Source: Patescibacteria group bacterium (GTDB lineage: Bacteria; Patescibacteriota; Patescibacteriia; 2-12-FULL-60-25). From it: a DNA stretch of 64,000 nucleotides. Below the pieces are notes generated by a model. That model made no database searches and was not told where the DNA came from. It saw only the letters and a list, made by a program, of their open reading frames with translations. The DNA is taken from NCBI GenBank assembly GCA_039917355.1, contig JBDSJN010000003.1, positions 135,719 to 199,718 of the forward strand, read 5' to 3'. How positions within the stretch are numbered: the first letter of the stretch is position 1; every line of letters begins with the position of its first letter. The translations under genes and the position numbers were made by a program. Shown here in pieces: positions 59,862-64,000 of this stretch.

Positions 59862-60701
59862 CTAGATCCCAAACAGTTTCCTTGCATTCTCCGTCGTCTG
59901 TTCTGCTATTTCGCCGACAGTCACATTCCGCAACATCGCAATCTGTTCCGCAACATATTGCACATAGCTCGGTTCATTCCGCTTCCCTCGGAACGGGACA
60001 GGCGTGAGCCATGGAGCATCCGTTTCGACGAGGATCCGGTCAATCGGCATGCGTTCAATGACACGGTGGACATGGCGTTCCGGATCATCCGTCTTTTTTG
60101 GTGGGAAGGTGATGATACCTGTGAATGACAAATAGAGACCGAGATCAAGAAGCGGTTGCGCTTCTTCCCACGTCCCAGTGTAGCAGTGGACCACGGCACG
60201 TCCGTTCCATCCCTTCTCTTTTTCTGCACGCACAATTTCCGCAAGACGCGCCAACGCTTCACGACAGTGGATGACGACGGGGAGGTTGAGCTCCTTTGCG
60301 AGCGCGATGTGTTCGCGAAATCCTTTTTCTTGCTGCGCGATTGCTTCGTCACGATTCCTTCCTTCATCAATGCGATAAAAATCCAAACCCGTCTCACCAA
60401 TTGCAACGACCTTCTTTGATGAGCGAGCAACCTTTGCAATTTCTTCAATCGAGTATTCTCCCGCATCCCCTTCTGCCTCATCGTGATATGCACTTGTAAA
60501 ATGTTCTGGATGATAGCCGACCGTCGCCCAGACTCCATCCGTTGCTTCTGCGAATGCGACAGCCCCTTTACTCGTCCCAAGTGTTGTTCCGACTGTGACG
60601 GCCCATGTATCCGTTTCTTTCAAACGCGACAATACCGCCTCACGATCTTCATCGTAGGCAGGAAAGTGGAGATGGCAATGGGAATCAATCAGCCGGGGCA
60701 C
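59862..60701 (-). CDS. tatD: TatD family hydrolase
   Basis: N-terminal IDSHCHL and downstream HCR..., ETDAP motifs. Confidence 0.85.
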   Translation of the reverse strand: MPRLIDSHCHLHFPAYDEDREAVLSRLKETDTWAVTVGTTLGTSKGAVAFAEATDGVWATVGYHPEHFTSAYHDEAEGDAGEYSIEEIAKVARSSKKVVAIGETGLDFYRIDEGRNRDEAIAQQEKGFREHIALAKELNLPVVIHCREALARLAEIVRAEKEKGWNGRAVVHCYTGTWEEAQPLLDLGLYLSFTGIITFPPKKTDDPERHVHRVIERMPIDRILVETDAPWLTPVPFRGKRNEPSYVQYVAEQIAMLRNVTVGEIAEQTTENARKLFGI

Positions 60702-60705
60702 ACGG

Positions 60706-61182
60706 TTACAACAGGATGCTCAAGAGTTTTTCGAAGACAAAGAGGACTGCTTTTGCAAGCCACGAGGCTTGGAGGAGCGCAGTAATCGAGGAGATCAGGT
60801 CAAAGTTGACCAGCACCCAAATGGCACCACCAACGAGGATGATCCCTACAACGATACCAAGGATCGCTCCCAGGAAGCTGTTAATCGTTTTGAGAAATGG
60901 GATGATCGAGAGGATTTTGAACGCGCCATCTGCGAGCTTGAAGATAAACCCGATCACTTCTGTCACGAGGATGAAGATGATAAGAAACGCTGCAAAGCGC
61001 GCCCACCCCGATGGGATCAGCACCGCAAGAAAGGAGCCTGCCGCGATTGAGAAGGATTTCGCAAGCACGAACCCTACGACGGAACCGATCAGCCGACCGG
61101 CTGTATGGACGAAGCCATCCTTCCAACCGCTTCCAACGAACCCAAGCAACGCGATGACCAGCAAGAGGTTGAGGATCCACAT
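60706..61182 (-). CDS. CvpA family membrane protein
   Basis: Four TM helices and CvpA-like composition. Confidence 0.7.
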   Translation of the reverse strand: MWILNLLLVIALLGFVGSGWKDGFVHTAGRLIGSVVGFVLAKSFSIAAGSFLAVLIPSGWARFAAFLIIFILVTEVIGFIFKLADGAFKILSIIPFLKTINSFLGAILGIVVGIILVGGAIWVLVNFDLISSITALLQASWLAKAVLFVFEKLLSILL

Positions 61183-61206
61183 AATGTTTTAGCTATGATA
61201 CCACTT

Positions 61207-61297
61207 GTCATCCCGGACGTAACGAACGTGGAGATCCGGGATCCCTATTCGGTATGATGGGGTTCCCGGATCTCCGTCAGACTTCGTCCGGGATGAC
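61207..61297. repeat. about 91-bp imperfect palindromic intergenic repeat, copy 2 (inverted relative to copy 1)
   Basis: Same 13-bp TIRs. About 80% identical to the reverse complement of 43298-43386. Confidence 0.7.
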
Positions 61298-61299
61298 AG

Positions 61300-62889
61300 C
61301 TAGGGTTGTAGTTGCGGAAACAGGATCTTTGGCTCAGGGAGTGCGGATCCCGACTGGAGGCCGCCCCATGTGAGGAGTACCTCGATCCCCTTTTGTCGTT
61401 CTGCGTCAGGATCCTGACCAAGCTGCTCGATCATTCGACGCGCGACATCCGGCATCACTGGTTCGATGAGCCACGCCACAATGCGACAGTATTCGAGCAA
61501 GGAATACAAGATGACTTGGACCGCCTCCGGATCCGTTTTCACAAGTTTAAATGGTTGTGTGTCTTCAATAAACTTGTTCGCTTGGAGCAACCCCTCGTTC
61601 CCATCAACGCCATGCCAAAGTGTCGCAAGTGCTTCATCAAAACGAACATGCTGCATCTGCGTGATCACCATCTCTTTCAGGAGCTTGAATTTGTCCGCTC
61701 CGACAAACTGAGGTCCATTTCCATCTTTCGTTGGGATGCAGTTGTTGCTGTACTTCCGGCTCATCGCAACGGCACGGTTTACGAGGTTTCCAAGTGTGTT
61801 TGAAAGGTCGTGGACGTATCGTTCTGTGATGCGTTCACGAGAAAAGTCTCCATCTTCACCAAATGGAATGTCCCGCAACAAGAAATAACGAATCGCATCA
61901 AAGCCATACGTTGGGACGAGTTCACGAGGATCAACGGCGTTGCCAAGTGACTTTGAGATCTTCTGCCCATCAATCGTAAAAAAGCCGTGGGCAAATACGT
62001 GCTTCGGCAGCTTTGGACCTCCCTGCTCATCACGTAACGACAGATCGTTTTTCGCTGCGCTCATCAACATCGCTGGCCAAAGCGCACAGTGGAATTTGAT
62101 GATGTCTTTCCCGACAAGGTGGAGATCGGCCGGCCACCAGTCTGCAAACTTGGCGTCATCTGATCCATAACCTGCAACGGTGATGTAGTTGATGAGGGCG
62201 TCAAACCACACGTAAATCTTCTGCGAATCATCGCCTGGAACAGGAATACCTACTTGAAGGTTCTTGGCTTCACGAGAAATTGAAAAATCCGCAAAGTGAT
62301 CTTTGATGTAATTCCGGATTTCGTTTCGTCGCGATTCTGGTTGGACGAAATCTGCCTGCTCGTCAATCCGCTTCAACAATGCATCGCGATACGCACCTGC
62401 TTTGAAGTAGTAATTTTTTTCTTTAATCTTTTCAAGATCTTTGTTTGGATGAAGAACGCAGCGCTCGTTGACGATTTCACTTTCAGTCTTAAACGCTTCG
62501 CAGCCGACGCAGTAGAGACCTTCGTACGTCCCTGCGTAAATGTCCCCACTCTGCTTGACGGCATCCCAAAACCGTTCGACCGCTTTTGTATGACCTACGT
62601 CCGTCGTACGGATGAAGGTGTCGTACGTGATCCCTAGATCGTCCCACGTCTGTTTCCACGTCCCCGCCATGCGGTCGAGATATCCATTCAAATCAGATTC
62701 TCCGGCCTTTTCCATCGCCTGAACGTTCTTTTGACTGTTCTCATCTACACCAACAGAAAAGAGAACTTCATCACCGTGGAGACGGTGGAATCTCGCAACC
62801 GCATCTGCCACAACCGTTGTATAGGTGTGTCCGATGTGTGGTTTGTCGTTGACGTAGTAGATCGGTGTCGTAACGTAAAACTTGTTCAT
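61300..62889 (-). CDS. metG: methionine--tRNA ligase (short form, no C-terminal EMAP domain)
   Basis: PIYYVNDKPHIGH HIGH motif, KISKS, and zinc knuckle Cys. Confidence 0.9.
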   Translation of the reverse strand: MNKFYVTTPIYYVNDKPHIGHTYTTVVADAVARFHRLHGDEVLFSVGVDENSQKNVQAMEKAGESDLNGYLDRMAGTWKQTWDDLGITYDTFIRTTDVGHTKAVERFWDAVKQSGDIYAGTYEGLYCVGCEAFKTESEIVNERCVLHPNKDLEKIKEKNYYFKAGAYRDALLKRIDEQADFVQPESRRNEIRNYIKDHFADFSISREAKNLQVGIPVPGDDSQKIYVWFDALINYITVAGYGSDDAKFADWWPADLHLVGKDIIKFHCALWPAMLMSAAKNDLSLRDEQGGPKLPKHVFAHGFFTIDGQKISKSLGNAVDPRELVPTYGFDAIRYFLLRDIPFGEDGDFSRERITERYVHDLSNTLGNLVNRAVAMSRKYSNNCIPTKDGNGPQFVGADKFKLLKEMVITQMQHVRFDEALATLWHGVDGNEGLLQANKFIEDTQPFKLVKTDPEAVQVILYSLLEYCRIVAWLIEPVMPDVARRMIEQLGQDPDAERQKGIEVLLTWGGLQSGSALPEPKILFPQLQP

Positions 62890-63572
62890 AGCTTGAATCG
62901 TGCAGGAGCAATAACGATGATGAATTCTCCTTTGAAGCTGGTAGCGTGCACGCCTTTTGACACTGCGTCAATCGTTCCACGATACAGTGTCTCATGCATC
63001 TTTGTCAGTTCCCGTCCGATAAAAATCCCTCGCGAGGGAGCCATTGTTTTTGAGAGGCTCTCAAGGGTCTTCTCCATCCGATGTGTTGACTCGAGGAAGA
63101 TGACAGACTCCTCACGTGTCGCAAGTTCGCGGAAAAACGTCTCACGTCCTTTTTTGTGTGGCACGAAACCGACGTATGAAAAATGTTCCATCGGAAACCC
63201 GCAGACAGAGATGACGGCGCTGAGGGCGGATGGGCCTGGGAGGGGTGTGACTGGAATCCCCGCTTCAAACGCCGCCTCAACGAGTTTTCCTCCCGGATCA
63301 TTCATGCCTGGCGTCCCCGCATCGCTGATATACGTGACGTTATCGCCACGAAGGAGGTGCGCGATAACCGCTTCAATTTTCTTTTCATCCGTGTGTTCAT
63401 GCAGCGCAAAGAGAGGCTTTTTTTCAAGTCCTAGCCCCGCAAGGAGTTTTGCCGCAACGCGTGTATCCTCGCACGCCACGAGATTCGTCTCTTTGAGCGT
63501 CTTGATGCCGCGTAGCGTCATGTCTTCGAGGTTCCCAATCGGGGTCGCGACAATGGAGAGTGTCCCTGGCAT
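62886..63572 (-). CDS. rsmI: 16S rRNA (cytidine1402-2'-O)-methyltransferase
   Basis: LSIVATPIGNLEDMTLRGIKTL...ACEDTR tetrapyrrole-methylase fold signature. Confidence 0.85.
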   Translation of the reverse strand: MPGTLSIVATPIGNLEDMTLRGIKTLKETNLVACEDTRVAAKLLAGLGLEKKPLFALHEHTDEKKIEAVIAHLLRGDNVTYISDAGTPGMNDPGGKLVEAAFEAGIPVTPLPGPSALSAVISVCGFPMEHFSYVGFVPHKKGRETFFRELATREESVIFLESTHRMEKTLESLSKTMAPSRGIFIGRELTKMHETLYRGTIDAVSKGVHATSFKGEFIIVIAPARFKL

Positions 63573-63600
63573 ACGGCGAAGGATGCCACAGAGAGGCTGC

Positions 63601-63978
63601 TCAGTACAGTCTCAAGAGCGCTTTGAGGGTCGCCGGGACAAGCGCGAACTGTGCTGCGAGTCCGCCTGCTGCCTGGTTTCCGATCGAGAGGACGTAGCGA
63701 CCCGCGCTCTCCTTTGTAGAAAGAATCGCAACCGCATACGTCCCGGACACACGGAGGTCTGCCGTAACGCTTGGTCCGGTGAGATAGGTCGTGAATTCAC
63801 TTGCGTCAAAAACGGGATGCTGTTTATCACGAACCGTTTGCGCCATGATCGCTCCGTTTGATCCAATATCGATTGGAAGCTTGTCTGTTGGAGCGGGCAA
63901 TCCTGGTCCAAAGATGATGAACGTTGGTTCAAACCCTGCATCCCCTGCTGGATTCTTCAGACTCACGGCAAGAGGCAT
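63601..63978 (-). CDS. hypothetical protein (5' end may extend beyond window)
   Basis: ORF of 125 aa. No in-frame stop between its ATG and the window end. Confidence 0.35.
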   Translation of the reverse strand: MPLAVSLKNPAGDAGFEPTFIIFGPGLPAPTDKLPIDIGSNGAIMAQTVRDKQHPVFDASEFTTYLTGPSVTADLRVSGTYAVAILSTKESAGRYVLSIGNQAAGGLAAQFALVPATLKALLRLY

Positions 63979-64000
63979 CGCGTGGTCAATCGTAAACGTG

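Noticed and set aside
59921-60580. 219-aa K/R-rich ORF within tatD
   Set aside because: It is an alternate frame of the tatD gene, which has clear TatD motifs.

Overview
This 64 kb window is bacterial chromosomal DNA with about 50-55% GC. It contains no rRNA genes, no recognisable mobile-element genes and no CRISPR arrays. Genes are packed tightly and almost all lie on the minus strand. Only four plus-strand units break the pattern: a C39-like peptidase, a HI0933-type flavoprotein, a SET-domain gene followed by vanZ, and a dus-like gene. The gene content mixes core functions with a long series of secreted and hypothetical proteins. Core functions include the complete F1Fo ATP synthase operon atpI-like-BEFHAGDC, dnaG-rpoD, uvrB, gltX, metG, rsmI, tatD and thpR. 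Metabolic genes include the oxidative pentose-phosphate enzymes zwf and the short-form gnd, together with msrB, tag and pirin. Transporters include an ABC-F ATPase, an ABC-2 exporter pair and an MFS transporter. Cell-envelope genes are numerous: two GT4 glycosyltransferases, a WecB/TagA transferase, two M23 peptidases, an FG-GAP/L,D-transpeptidase fusion, an SPFH/flotillin protein and a DM13 protein. There is a single tRNA gene, tRNA-Asn(GTT). Most starts lack a Shine-Dalgarno sequence, and several transcripts look leaderless. The more unusual items are listed here. (1) An 809-aa secreted protein fuses a clear lysyl-oxidase (LOX) catalytic domain to a soluble quinoprotein glucose dehydrogenase-like beta-propeller. 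(2) An FAD-oxidoreductase gene sits directly upstream of a Cfa-family methyltransferase, as in bfaA/bfaB 10-methyl fatty-acid operons. (3) A family of roughly 90-bp imperfect palindromic intergenic repeats (MITE/REP-like) has two full copies in opposite orientation and several fragments. (4) A degenerate copy of the tRNA-Asn 5' segment carries a 16-nt palindromic insertion next to the intact tRNA. (5) A strongly AT-rich two-gene islet of about 0.9 kb lies between uvrB and dnaG. (6) A protein consisting of sigma-70 region 4 alone appears translationally coupled to an M3 peptidase. (7) A bacterial SET-domain protein is present. No canonical defence or mobile system is recognisable from sequence alone. 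The candidates above are where a novel function would most plausibly sit.
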